A stretch of 64,000 nucleotides of DNA from Octopus vulgaris (taxonomy: Eukaryota). The position numbers and the translations under genes were made by a program. Location: contig OX597818.1 of NCBI GenBank assembly GCA_951406725.2, positions 63,922,001 to 63,986,000 on the forward strand, given 5' to 3'. The notes beneath the pieces are model-generated. The model had not been told where the DNA came from. It worked only from the letters and a program-made list of their open reading frames with translations, and did no database searches. Shown here one piece after another: positions 1-13,543 of this stretch; the stretch's first letter is position 1; every line of letters starts with the position of its first letter.

Positions 1-309
1 GCCCAGTACTTATTCTATCTGTCTCTTTTGCCGAACCACTAAGTGACAGGGAAGTAAACACACCAGCATCGGTTGTCAAGCAATGCTAGGGGGACAAACA
101 AAGACACACAAACATATACACACACACTCTTATATATATATACATATATACGACAGGTTTCTTTCAGTTTCCGTCTACCAAATCAACTCACAAGGCTTTG
201 GTCGGCCCGGGGCTATAGCAGAAGACACTTGCCCAAGATGCCACGCAGTGGGACTGAACCCGGAACCATGTGGTTGGTTAGCAAGCTACTTAGCACACAG
301 CCACTCCTG
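1..309 (-). mobile_element. SINE family A copy (tRNA-derived, CORE-like body), cut by the window edge
   Basis: Minus strand starts CAGGAGTGGCTGTGTGCTAAG (A-box-like), then GGTTCAGTCCC (B-box-like) and CTTGGGCAAGTGTCTT (CORE-like); matches 8 other copies in the window. Confidence 0.85.
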
Positions 310-620
310 AAACAATTTTTTTACTTGAGGGAAATAACCAAAAGTACCGATATTTCTCGTGTAACGTGGGGAGATAAGCCAATTTTTTAAAGCGGGTTAG
401 ATAACCAAAACGTACCCATATTAGTGTGGTTTTCCTTAAGTATATATCTGGTAGTTATTACGTAGGATGTGTCAAAAGTTATTGGGGATTTTATTTATTT
501 CGTGCGTGTGCGGGGGCGGGGGCCAATAAAATTATGTTTATTGTTACGAATTTTCCTGAGATGATTGGTTTTAGAAGAATTGTTTTAGAGTCCCTAGATG
601 AATAGTTTTGGTGTAATATA

Positions 621-846
621 TATTTCTTTACTACCCACAAGGGGCTAAACATAGAGGGGACAAACAAGGACAGACAAAGGGATTAAATCGATTACATCGA
701 CCCCAGTGCGAAACTGGTACTTTATTCATCGACCCCTAAAGGATGAAAGGTAAAGTCGACCTCGGTGGAATTAGAACTCAGAACGTAACGACAGACGAAA
801 TACTGCTAAGCATTTCTCCCGGCGTGCTAACGTTTCTGCCAGCTCG
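621..846 (-). mobile_element. SINE family B copy (tRNA-derived)
   Basis: Minus: GAGCTGGCAGAAACGTTAGCACGCC head, GAGTTCTAATTCC B-box-like, CCTTTCATCCTTTAGGGGTCGAT body, GTGGGTAGTAAAGAAATA tail; many homologous copies in the window. Confidence 0.85.
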
Positions 847-1328
847 AGTGAACTTCTTAATGGACCGAGGTGGCGAAGTGAGATTAAAGCGAGTAAGAGT
901 AATGACAGTAGTAGAAAGAGATAATGAGAATAATGGGGGTGGACGTGACGACGACGCCGATGCGTAAATTAGGTACAGTGACAGACAGTTTAAAAGAACG
1001 AACTTAAGCCCACAAATGATGGGATGGGGCGACATGAGGTCATGAAGGTCAGAGTAAAGTAGAGCTGGTTTCCCTTGTTGATTGTTTTGTGGCTGCTGGT
1101 TTACTGTAAAAGACAATAATAATAATAATGATAATAATTGAATGGATTTTTTCGAAATGTTTTTGGCAAGATGAATGACACTTGAAATATATTTGAGTTT
1201 GTTTTGAATTTGTCTTCCTGATTGAATATTTAAAAGCGATATCATTGAAACATGATACATCTGTATATCCTGCGTCGAAGACACTGAACCAGGAAGCGAC
1301 CCTACACTCTGTCAAGCTAATCACTCAC

Positions 1329-1440
1329 CAGTTAAGTTTATTATTGATATAGAACGACTTCACTGTGATTCAGGACTGCTGTGATAAACTGGAAGTGATC
1401 TATTGACTGAGTGATTGTTATTATTATGTGTTTTATATGC
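1329..1440 (-). other. candidate 112-nt exon
   Basis: Minus-strand acceptor TGATTTTAAACAG ending at 1441 and donor GTGAGT at 1328-1323; frame 1 reads AYKTHNNNNHSVNRSLPVYHSSPESQ*; a second acceptor TTGTCTTTTACAG ends at 1104. Motif evidence only. Confidence 0.25.
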
Positions 1441-1793
1441 CTGTTTAAAATCATTTTAGTGATGAACGAAATACGGCTTAAAACACAGACACACAGACAC
1501 ACGAATAAAACACGTAAATAAGTTACTTAGTCACTTATCATGTTATATATGTATGTGTGTGTATGTGTATGTGTGTACACGTGTTTGTGAATGTGTGCGT
1601 AAGTGTATTTGTAAATATATGTATATAATAAATATAAATTTACCAGTTATTGTTATATTTCTTCTATGGTCCCTTCTAACTGTTGATAGGATTGAATTTT
1701 CTAAAACCTCGTGTGAGAGACCGATTTGTAAAATCATCTTAAATGAATCTGTATTACTGCATTGCATAAATATTAATATATATATATATATTA

Positions 1794-2150
1794 ACACACA
1801 TATATACACACACAAACGCATGCACACACACAGATACATATACTCGCACGCAGACACGCGCGTGCACGCACATGCACACATACACACACAACCACACACA
1901 CACACAAACACACATATATACACACACAAACGCATGCACACACACAGATACATATACACGCACGCAGACACGCGCGTGCACGCACATGCACACATAAACA
2001 CACATACACACACAACCACACACACACACAAACACACATACATACACACAAACGCATGCACACACGTGTACACACACAGATACGTATAATCGCACACATC
2101 CACGAACACACACAGACGCGCGCGTGCACGCACATGCACACACATACACA
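1794..2150. repeat. CA-rich minisatellite, about 3 units of ~115-120 bp
   Basis: ACAAACGCATGCACACAC and GCGCGTGCACGCACATGCACACAT each recur three times at ~115-125 bp spacing. Confidence 0.8.
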
Positions 2151-2934
2151 CGCGCGCACACTCACCCACATGCACACACACTCACACATAAATGGGCGTG
2201 GTGGTGGTGGTGGTGGGGGGGTTGGAATTGATTTTCTTCCAGAACAAATATATTTCGCATCTTTACCTATTCGAGATTTTTCAGAAAGTTATAGAATACT
2301 TGAATATACATAGAAGCAAATTTAAAAATTTCTAAATTATATAAATCTTCCAAACAAAATAAATGCCTACCATGTATAACGTTATATACGATAAAATGAA
2401 ATTTCATTGTTACGTAGATCAGAAGAGAAGATTTCGTTTAAATTAAAATAAGTGAACCATAACCAAGGAACAATGGAAATAATGAAAACGGCGTAAATAC
2501 TTTCAAATGTAAAAAGGGACTCACTCATTGTTTTCAATTCCTAAAATCTAAATTATATTGATGCCAACTTAATATATTATTTCAAAATATCGATCTCAAA
2601 CATAGATAAAATGTTGCTATGAAACTAAAATTAGATGATGTGATAACATTAAATTCGTGTCTAATTTGCTGCGAAAACACATCTTTATTGTTCGGTTTTA
2701 TTTAGTCATAAGTAAAGAGATATAAGAAGAGAGTAACAATATGAAAGTTATTCAACAACTGAAATTCTGCATATGAATTCATAAGGAGAGGAACATACCT
2801 ATAGAAAGATATATACAAAATCAAATACGCACTGTTTTGTACATGTGTGACTGTTTATGAGTGTGTATATAGAGAGAGATGAGACGGAAAGAGAAAGACA
2901 GACAGACAAATCATATATATTTAGAAGTATCATA

Positions 2935-2981
<47 letters not shown>

Positions 2982-3037
2982 GGGTCTATATATGTTGCTC
3001 ATGTGTACGTGTGCGGTTCTGAGCGTGTACACACATA

Positions 3038-3085
<48 letters not shown>

Positions 3086-3096
3086 CATTATATATG

Positions 3097-3139
<43 letters not shown>

Positions 3140-3162
3140 TTATGCATATATATATAGATATA

Positions 3163-3202
<40 letters not shown>

Positions 3203-3959
3203 TATAAGCAACCAATGATAGTAATATATGTGTGTGTGTTGTGTGTGTGTATGCATATATAAATGCATTTATCTATGTATTCTATATCTGTGTATATATA
3301 AATCTATATATATATATATATATATATACGCACTTAGTATACATACGTCCATATATGTAGATATATAAGCATATACACAGACATATATAGTATAGATCAG
3401 TGTCCGTCATCTACATTCAAATTTAATTCAGAAGGAATCGATATATTCAAAATATTAGCCGTAATTTTTCAGCTTTAAAGCTTATCTCTCGGTTTTGTTG
3501 CGTTATTTTGATACAAATCTCGAAAGTGATGTCCATATTAATGATTTATTACTTGGAAAGGACTTGTGAATATATCTTAACAAGAAAAACTTTACGTAAT
3601 GTAGGAATACACTAAAAAGGACAAAGAGATAATCGATAAATCTGATAACATTATATGACATTAATGTAACAAAAACCTCTTAAAGATTGAGAGATTGTAA
3701 AATGATAAGCAATCAATGATTGTAATCGGCGATGGTGAGAAATGAAGTAGAAAGCAATTGATCTTGCAGAAATTTCTGACAATGAAGAAAAGAATGATGA
3801 CTGTTAATTTTTATCGTTTGACGTATTTTATATCTTCATCGTGAAGCATTACCTGTCAGTCTATTTTTTTTATAGCAAAACTGTTTGGAAATTACTGGAA
3901 AAAAAAATACTCGCTGACATCATCACTGTCTCTAACACTTCATCTCCAACATTCTACAG

Positions 3960-4078
<119 letters not shown>

Positions 4079-4214
4079 ATGCGTATGAAATGTAGATATA
4101 TTAAGTTGCATCGCACATAAAATATATAAAATATAATTAATATACACATGACTACATGCGAGCGCATATACAGTCACTCACACACATATATTATACACAC
4201 AAAGACACGGATAC

Positions 4215-4252
<38 letters not shown>

Positions 4253-4412
4253 GTATATGTGTGTGCGTGTGTGTGTTTGTGTGTGTGTGTGTGTGCATGT
4301 GTGTGTGTATGCATGTATATATATATATATATATATATATATCAAAGTATATATATATATATATCTACATATATAAATACATACATGTATCTATATGTTT
4401 AAATGGTAAGAA

Positions 4413-4458
<46 letters not shown>

Positions 4459-4629
4459 TTACTTGCAAATGGATGCGTGACTTTCAATTAAATAATAATA
4501 TAAATAATAAACATAGTGAGAATTTATGAAAAAAAAAGACAAAAGATGAAGACGGGTGTGTAAAAAAGGGTTTAGTGGCTAGCGATCTATGATGGCGTTG
4601 TATAAATACATGTGTATATATGCATATAT

Positions 4630-4795
4630 AGGTACAGGACTTCACCAACTCTGTAAACAACGTGAAGTACGAAAACAAACCAGTTGAATACGTAAACAAC
4701 GATAGAAGAAACTGGAAAACAGCATAAGTAACGCAAAGAAGGACCCTTCCTCAATTGACTGCTGTCCATCTACTCTTCATTTCGACCCGCGATTT
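4630..4795 (-). repeat. dispersed repeat family D (possibly Penelope-related), copy 1
   Basis: Shares the GTCCTGTAC end and the GAAA..GTA..(C/T)TGANGA-AGGG block with 30216-30380 and 57261-57425. Confidence 0.55.
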
Positions 4796-4798
4796 CTT

Positions 4799-4836
<38 letters not shown>

Positions 4837-4837
<1 letters not shown>

Positions 4838-5206
4838 TAGCAGTATCGCCCGGCGTTGCTCAGGTTTGTAAGGGAAATAACTATAAAGCATTTTTAGAGA
4901 GTTATAGCCCAAAAAGTAGCAAAGAAATGGAAAAAAAATGATGGTAAATTTTTTTTGAGAGTAAAAAAAGGTCGAGTTGCGTCCCCTAGACAGTCTGTGG
5001 TTTGTTTTTTTTTTATTCTCGACCCCATGTCGAATTTATCGATTTTTTTCAGAACTAGGGGAACTTTTCAAAATTTTCGCTGCGTTAGTTTTGAATTATG
5101 ACATTGGGCTATGTGTGTGTCAAGTTTCATCAGAATCGGTTGAAAGCCGTGGTCAGGGTGAGGGTACAAGCAAACAGACACACAGAAACACGCACAGACA
5201 AACTGC

Positions 5207-5225
<19 letters not shown>
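4837..5225 (-). mobile_element. non-autonomous Helitron
   Basis: Minus 3' end CCTGAGCAACGCCGGG hairpin, GATACTG, then CTAG|T (CTAG at 4837-4840), the canonical Helitron terminus; the 5' end merges into (TA)n. Confidence 0.75.
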
Positions 5226-5252
<27 letters not shown>

Positions 5253-5457
5253 TATGAGATCGCGCACCTGAGCAAACATATACGCGACTAGTTTTTTTTT
5301 TTAGTTACTATGTTTTCATTTATGCTATAATTTAATTTAGTCACCGTGATTTAGCACGAGAGACCATCACGTTTATCGGTATGTTTTGATTTCAGCATGC
5401 CGGACATGCATCAAATGCATATTTGTCTTTATCTCTCTCTCTCTCTCTCTTTCTCTA

Positions 5458-5509
<52 letters not shown>

Positions 5510-5565
5510 CTCACACAAATACACGCACATACACTCACACACAGAGAAACAGGATCACTCTCATG

Positions 5566-5674
<109 letters not shown>

Positions 5675-8332
5675 ATCACTTAGAACATCTTCAACAGATA
5701 ACGGAATAAAAATCAGGGTCTATTTTAATGAAGGTAATTTGCGTGCTTAAAATTACAGGCTAACTGGGCGCCTTGATTGCTAATTAAAACAATGGAATGT
5801 TATGAGTTGAATAAAATACGAATGCTCTCAATGTATCACCGTTATTTCCATAAACGTTGTATTTGTAATTGACTAAGCAAACTGATACAATTACAAAGCC
5901 TGGTGTTTCAATGGGTGAGAGCACTTTCAGATAGATTTGTCAGAACTTTTAGAAATGCAATTTTGCATAGTGACTTGTTGCTAGATAAGTCCTGTTTTGC
6001 TGGCTGACTGATGTATTGATCACTATTGAAGTGTAATAAACATTACATTGAATATTTCTTTGAAATATAATGAATATAATTGTTATTCAAAGAGTGAAAT
6101 CAATTCTCAACTATAAGCGTTTGAAGGTGGGTGTACGCTTGCTTATTATATATATGTGTGTCTGTGTCTGTGCGCGTGTATGTTCTATATGTCTGTGTGC
6201 GTGTGCGAGTATGAATTTATTAGATTGAAGGTGAGGTGTGCTTGTACATATTTTTGTTTTATATTGCTGTCCGTCATTCTCAGTGTAAGATATTGTTATT
6301 TTTTAAATTGAAAATCTTTCGTTTTCGGTTCTAATCAATATATTACCGCTTATATCCCCAGAAAAATTGCGTTTGCAAATTGTGTGGTGAATGTATGTTA
6401 TACAGAAATAATTAGTTGCTATAGACGCGTAATACTCAAAATGCTGTACCAGTGCCAACTTATTTGCCAGCTATACGCTTTGGCGCATGTGCAGGTCGTA
6501 TATTTGCTTTAGCTGTGATAGTATTTACTACAAATTCTTGAAATGGACAAGAATATTTATTTTATCGCATCAAGACCTTTCAAAATATATGTCCTAAAGA
6601 TAAGTATTTATGTATTTTGGAGTTTTTTGACAAAATCCGTTGATAATTACAGAATAAATATGAGATATATATAATAGCTGACGATGTTTTTCAATGAGTC
6701 TTGTTTACTTTTGTGCTCTTTTTCTGTATTTTATCGAGAAAATCCTTACCTTTCAAGATACCAGTGTAGTAACTAAAAAAGTATTTCAGAAAATTTTTAA
6801 CAATAAAATGCTTAGAATCGCCTGAGGCCCTATGCTTAACTAGAGTGTTAGATATATTATTGAATTGTTGGAGAATATATGCATCGATTGCAAAATTCAG
6901 TTTGGCGATTTCTCAATAGTATTTGGTAGTTACAAATGTTAAATGACATCGTCTTCATTGTTAATAATTTTCTGCTCAGTTCTGGAAACACTTTGCAACA
7001 CCATAAGTAGCCAGCACTATAGGGTAAATTGAATTTAGTCTTTCCAGATACATCTACAGCAATCTTATAGTTTTAGCACTTCTTAAATTTTATAACACAC
7101 ACCTACTTAACTGCTTTCTGAACTCCTCCGATTTTCTCCGCACTGATTATCTATTCCAGTAACTTGAAAGAATGGCTATACACGCACAGCTAGGTGTTAA
7201 CCAAGATAACGAAGCACATATCTTCAATATTTAACAAATTTTCATTGAATTATCATGATGACATATTTCGAGTTATTTACATGTTTGCGCCTTATAAACT
7301 GTAAATTATAGCTTCTTTCCTGTAAATTATAATTGTGTAAACTGTAAATTATAGCTAACGTACAACATCTTTAATTTTTTGTATAATTAATATTTAGAAT
7401 AAATTAAGCTAACTCTTCTTCAAATCTAATATTAAACTAAATAAAAATTAGAACGATTTCTACAGAACCTAACTCAACAATATTTACTACTCTTTCAGTA
7501 TTTAATGCCGGAAAGTTTGCAGGCTCGTTTATAATGATTTGGCGATCGCCTTAGTTCTTGGAACTGGAATCATGTTGCATGTTTATTGAAGCAAAACTTG
7601 TACTTTCATGGTTCTCTCATTTAGTCAGTTGGAAATCATAACCAGCCAATTTACTGGCCCATCTAAACTATCACATGAAGCTATCACATGATCTATGCTC
7701 TGGTTTGTCAGGTAACGAGCGCACAGAAGCTATCAATGTCTCCCGTAGACAATATAGCCATCTCAAATACGTAATGAAGCATGGTCGCCCTTACCAATTT
7801 AAAACTGGTTGCGCGTGACAGCTAAATTTTCTGGACATGTCCACGATATCTCATTAAAACAAAATATATATCTCTACTATTTTTTTCTCTTTTGTAACCT
7901 ACCGAAAGTCAATGTCGAAAAAATAATATTAACGTATAAGAAAATATTCCACAATTGAAATATATTTTTAGTTTATTTTACGCTACATAAGTATCAGAAC
8001 ATATATATCTAAATGAATACAACTAACATAATTTCGAAAAAAGGATTTTAAAACAATTTAGTATGAGTTTAATTATGTGATAAGCTTTATATAGCTAAGA
8101 AGTATACTGTCAAATATATTTGACTATATATAAGGTTGTATTTTTGTATGAATTTTGACAATATAGCCAATAGAGAGAGTATGAATAATGTTGATAGTAA
8201 ATATGTGTGCCACAAATACATGGCAATGAATTTATCGATATATATATATATATATATACGTATGTATATAACATTTTTTCGTAATGAGATAAAAACCCAT
8301 GGCTGTGTAGATTTTTGAACATTTATAAATAG

Positions 8333-8380
8333 GTCTTACACCTATTTCTAGGATATTTATTATATCCCTTCATCGGAGAC
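8333..8380 (-). ncRNA. Penelope-type hammerhead ribozyme motif (type I, degenerate)
   Basis: GUCU-CCGAUGA-A.GGGAUAU/AUAUCCU.A-GAAA-UAGGUG-UA-AGAC: 4-bp stem I, 7-bp stem II, GUA cleavage triplet. Confidence 0.55.
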
Positions 8381-10479
8381 GGTGTGGGAAGAGGTTTAAG
8401 CAAAAGTCAAATTAGATAAGATACACAACAGAGAGTGAGGTGGAGGAATGAGAATAGATGTGAGATATGCATTTGTAGATTCATTATTTAGGCAGAATGG
8501 TATACATATAAGAATCCAATACTTTATGAGTAAAATCCCACAGTATTTAAAAGTGATCATTCCAAGTTTTTATTCAAGGTTTTTATTTAAAGTGACCTAG
8601 AAGTAGGGGAATGTATTAGTAAGGTCAAATCGCAAACAGGAAGAGAGAAACAAAGAAGATAAAAAAGAGAAAAGAAAGAGAAGAAAATAAGAAAACTAAT
8701 AAAATGATAAAAAATAAAAATAAAAAAGAGGAAAAAATCTGAAATAGAGGAATAAAGAAAAGAAAGAAAAAAGGGGAAAGGAAAAACCAATAGTAAGGGA
8801 TAGTGTACCAGTTAGTGGTCAGTCGAGATAGTTTGAAAGTAGGAATGGGGAGATGTGGGTGATAGAGAGAGAAAGGTATTAGAGTGAAAAAAGATAGAAG
8901 GGAGGAGGTGTGATAGAGAGAGAGAGAGAGATATAAAAAGTAAAGGAGTGTCAATTGTGCAGAGATAGTCTAAGTGATGGTGAAGATAGAGAGGTAGTAG
9001 TATGGAATGAAGAATTTAGGAATTTGGTTGGTTTGTTTGGACAGGTCAATGTTTAGTAGTAGAAGAATATATATATTTGAAGATGTATACATTCGTATAT
9101 AGTAGTCATGTATGTATATATATATTTGTCAATATATATTTATACTGATGTTTATATTTATCAATATCTACATATACAACTTTTACTCCTATGCATATGC
9201 ACACATGCGAACCCATATATACGTGTATCTGCATGTATTATTCAAGAACCATGGAATTATGATGAAAAATGCTAGAAACATCTTAAATGTAAAATTTAAA
9301 TTTCGAAAAATTAAAAATTGATTTCCTCTGTGCTGAAAACAAACTTTTCTGAAAACACAAAATAAAACTATATTAAAAACAGTTATCAGGAGTTATATTC
9401 CCTAAGAAAAGCAGAATTTCACTGACTAGTGTAACTGATGTAACAGGTTGTTAGTTGCTACGTCATTATATTCCTTGTAATACCAGTTTTTCCATCATTA
9501 CTGTAATAAACTATACAACATATTCGTATGTTATTTTCAGCTAACACGCTATTACAGTGATCGTAGTATTGGCGTGTACTCTGTATTCGTTGAGAGAGAA
9601 AGAGAACTATGAGCTGGGCACTGGCCTTGATTCCTAATGGAATTGGCATCACCAACTGTGTCATTCTAGACTACTCCAAACATTGCTTAAATCCCAATTA
9701 TAGAGAATATGTGACTGAACTGCATGTATAAATTGTTCATATTTAAACACTTTTCTGGGAGGATAGAAAAGTGAATTACATGTGTATAAAGAGTGTTGTG
9801 TTTTGTTACTGTAATTTAATATAGTTCGTATCAATAGGCCTTCTAACAACACTGTGTTACGTCTGCTCAATGTTTTCGTCGGAACAACCGAAATGTTACG
9901 CCAGTGTTTCGTTTCTCGCTTCTGATTCTCGTCTGCGATAACTATTGATTGCTTCCTGGCTTAATGCATGCTCTATGCTAATGGCATCGATAAATGAAAG
10001 GTCAATATTTGAGGAAAACTGGCAGATATAAAGATGACAAGCAATGGTTAACGGATGGTGTTGTGGTTGTTTTGGCAATATACACTTCTAAATGTTTTTG
10101 TTTCTCAATTCCATTGTCATTTCAAATCGAAAGTTCACCTCCGGTGATGATAGCATGTTGCCATTTGAATGCTTCAGTTTCCTATATATTTATCTCATAT
10201 TGTGCTTGAAACTACAGTGAAGTATCACAGTAAATTAGTGACAATTGTTTCCGGTGTAAACATTTCACTGTAAGACCTCTTAACATAATATTACGTAACA
10301 GACAAAAACTAATACAAATTTCATTCACAAAGAAAGTTTACTTATTAGACACAATAAAAAATAAACACATTTGAATTTTGATAATAAATAGAATATGAAA
10401 TGTTATAATAATACCATAAGTAATAACAATAATTTTACCACCACCACCACCACTACTACTACTACTACTCTAAATATTA

Positions 10480-10711
10480 CTCTTTTACCCTCTCTTTTAC
10501 TCTTTTACTTGTTTCAGTCGTTTGACTGTGGCCATGCTGGAGCACCACCTTTAGTCGAGCAAATCGACCCTAGGACTTATTCTTTGTAAGCCTAGTACTT
10601 ATTCTATCGGTCTCTTTTGCCGAACCGCTAAGTTACGGGGACGTAAACACATTAGCATCGGTTCTCAAGCGATGTTGGGGGACAAACACAGACACAAAAA
10701 CATACGCGCGC

Positions 10712-10777
<66 letters not shown>

Positions 10778-10941
10778 ACGATGGGCTTCTTTCGGTTTCC
10801 GTCATCCAAATCCACTCACAAGTCTTTGGTCGGCCCGAGGCTATAGTAGAAGACACCTGCCCAAGGTGCCTTGTAGTGGGATTGAACCCGAAATCATGTG
10901 GTTGATAAGCAAGCTACTTTCCACACAGCCACTCCTGCGCC
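10480..10941 (-). mobile_element. SINE family A, full length
   Basis: GGCGCAGGAGTGGCTGTGTGG head, internal (TA)n/(TG)n tract, tail GCATGGCCACAGTCAAACGACTGAAACAAG(TAAAAGAG)n. Confidence 0.9.
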
Positions 10942-11243
10942 TTTCCTTAATTTTTGCTAGTGACAGCCCAGATTCATTAAATGAATTTATTGTCTTTCTG
11001 CAAGAAGGGATCGTATAGCTACATGAATAAAACTAATTTCAATCCATATTAACGTCTACTCTTCTCCATGTAGGAAAAATACAATTGAATTTGTTGGACT
11101 TTGTTTTATAAGGGAAATCATATACTTAATATACTTATAGAAACTTTCGTATCTACGCTAATTTACACCAATAAATTATGAAAAAGCAATGTTAGCAGTC
11201 ATTTGGAAACAACTACAATTAAAAGACGAAATCACAGTCAACC

Positions 11244-11326
<83 letters not shown>

Positions 11327-11364
11327 CTGTGTCTGCGTATGTGTGAGTGTGTGTCTATGTATTT

Positions 11365-11520
11365 ATACGACGGACGTCTTTCAGTTTCCGTCTACCACAT
11401 CCACTCACAAATCTTTGGTCGGTCCGAGGCAATAGTGGAAGAGACTTGCCTAAGGTTCCACGGGGTGAAACTGAGCCGGAATCAAGTGGTTGTGAGTCTA
11501 GCTTCTTACCACACAGTGAC
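11365..11520 (-). mobile_element. SINE family A, diverged 5' half
   Basis: TTTCAGTTTCCGTCTACC...CTTACCACACAG homology to the other copies. Confidence 0.75.
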
Positions 11521-12624
11521 GCATGCAATGAATATTGGTATACGTGTGTACAGGGAATATTTCTAGAAGTGTATATTCTGTTTATATATATTATATTACT
11601 CGTAGTGAAACCGGTATGTTCTTGAGTACATTCGAATGATTTTTTTAATTGCAATACAAATATAACTGCACTTCGACTTCATTTTATTTCCCCTTATTTC
11701 GAGTGCCTTTTGTTTAACCTTCTCTCTGACGTATTAAACGTCATGTGTCTGTGTGTGTGTGTGAGTGCGTTTTTATTTGTGTGATTGAGTTTGAATTTAT
11801 ATATATTGTATTCTTGCAATTTTGTCACTGATTTTCTCTTTGCCATTGTCAGATTTATGTCTTTGATCACTATTTTTTATGAAAGGTAATCTTTATGCAC
11901 ATTAAAAATCACGTTTTATAACTTGAACTAAATGGACGAGAACATTTTGAAATCCAAAACGTGCCTCTATGTCTGATACCATTTTGTATATTTTGCAGAA
12001 TTATGAGAAGGAATTTCACTATATATTTGATGCGGATTTGGAGACGGATTTATAGACACAGAAATTCTTACATTATTCTTCCACGATTTCTGAAGGAATT
12101 TGCTAAAATGTCTTACTAAACCTGCATTATTATAATCTAAAAAGAATAAATAGTTTTTCCAGAGCTTACACTTAAGTAAAGATGTACGGGTAGACAGAGA
12201 ATTAGAAAACCTGGTCTTATACACGTAAAGAATTATATATAAAATTAGTGTTCAAATGGATGCAAGAAATATTTTGTAGAAATACATTTTTATTCCAAAC
12301 GGGAAATATGTTTGGAAATTATGTATCATATTAAACACAAAATTTAGACACTCAGAATATTGAATCTGTTTTACTGTTGATGTTCTGCAGATGATAATGT
12401 GTACAAATACCTAACTGCCTAACTAAAATTTCTTCATTTATCTAATTTTCTTTTGAAACGTGCTTTCAACAGGGCTAAAAATCTAACGTGCTTTCACTTG
12501 TTGACTGAAAATAATTTATGTAGCAAACATGCCTTCTTGTAGTTTCAAAAAATAATTACAGTCTATAACACCTCGCTGCAACTAGAGTTGAAATCTGTTG
12601 ACACTGTCTTACAAGTTATTCCTG

Positions 12625-12912
12625 GGACCCTATCGACTACGTCGACGTCAGTTCAAGTTGAATCCGATCAACAGAACAGCTTCGTCGTGAAATTAAGGTG
12701 CATGTGGATGAGCACTGCACAGACACGTGTACTCTTAACGTAATTCCCCGGTGAGTGTGACAAGTATGGCCCTTTGAAATAAGGTACTACTCATTTTTTT
12801 CAGTGGAGAAACGTGAAGTAAATTGTCTTGTTCAAGGCCGAACGCGTTGCCGCAAATCGAACTCGTGACCTTAGGGTTGTTAATCGAATATCCTAACTAC
12901 AAACCAGGCGCT
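12625..12912 (-). mobile_element. SINE family C (tRNA-derived), diverged
   Basis: Minus: GCGCCTGGTTTGTAGTTAGG A-box-like, GAGTTCGATT B-box-like, then CCTTGAACAAGACAATTTACTTCAC (CORE/V-like); unrelated to the bodies of A and B. Single copy here. Confidence 0.6.
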
Positions 12913-13076
12913 TTCGTTATGATTCAATAAATTGGATTAATAAAACGCAACTCTTAAAGGAAAACAATTGATAAGACATTCATATAAGTGCAGCTTTTCG
13001 CATCAATTCCATGCAGTTTAATCATACAACCCATAATATTCTAAAACATGATTAATTAATAAATAATTCAGAATAA

Positions 13077-13250
13077 GCCGGCGTCGCTGCCGAATCGTTA
13101 GCGCGTCGGACAAAATGATTTGCGGAATCTGCCGAAGTCGACTTGTCTTTTTATTGTTTCGCAATGGATTTAGTAAGTTCCAGTCAGTCACCAGAGTCAA
13201 TGTAATCGACCTTCTTCGAAATTTCTGGCCTTTTACCAAAATTGGAAACC
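13077..13250 (+). mobile_element. SINE family B, old copy with internal deletion and alternative tail
   Basis: GCTGCCGAATCGTTAGCGCGTCGG head, GCCGAAGTCGACTT, GTAATCGAC, tail CCAAAATTGGAAACC. Confidence 0.6.
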
Positions 13251-13543
13251 AATAATTAAGCCTGAATAAATTTCGTTCGAAGAGAAATATGCACGTGGTT
13301 ATTAAACTTGCTAAACTTGACAGAAAATATATAAATTACACCGCACAACAATTAGTAAGAAAAATTCAAATGTAATAATAAAATCTTAGATGCTTGTAAA
13401 CGAGGATGTAACTTAAGAAATAACCGAACGAAACTTACCTCTATACATACCATATTTGGGCTAAACGTAACAATAACCTGTTTAATCATTATTGGTTTTC
13501 ATTCATCCAGATAGCCAGCAACTGTTGACCAAGTGTTACTTAC

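Noticed and set aside
73-390. Recurrent peptides such as EDTCPRCHAVGLNPEPCG in several ORFs
   Set aside because: Antisense translations of SINE-A copies, not a gene family.
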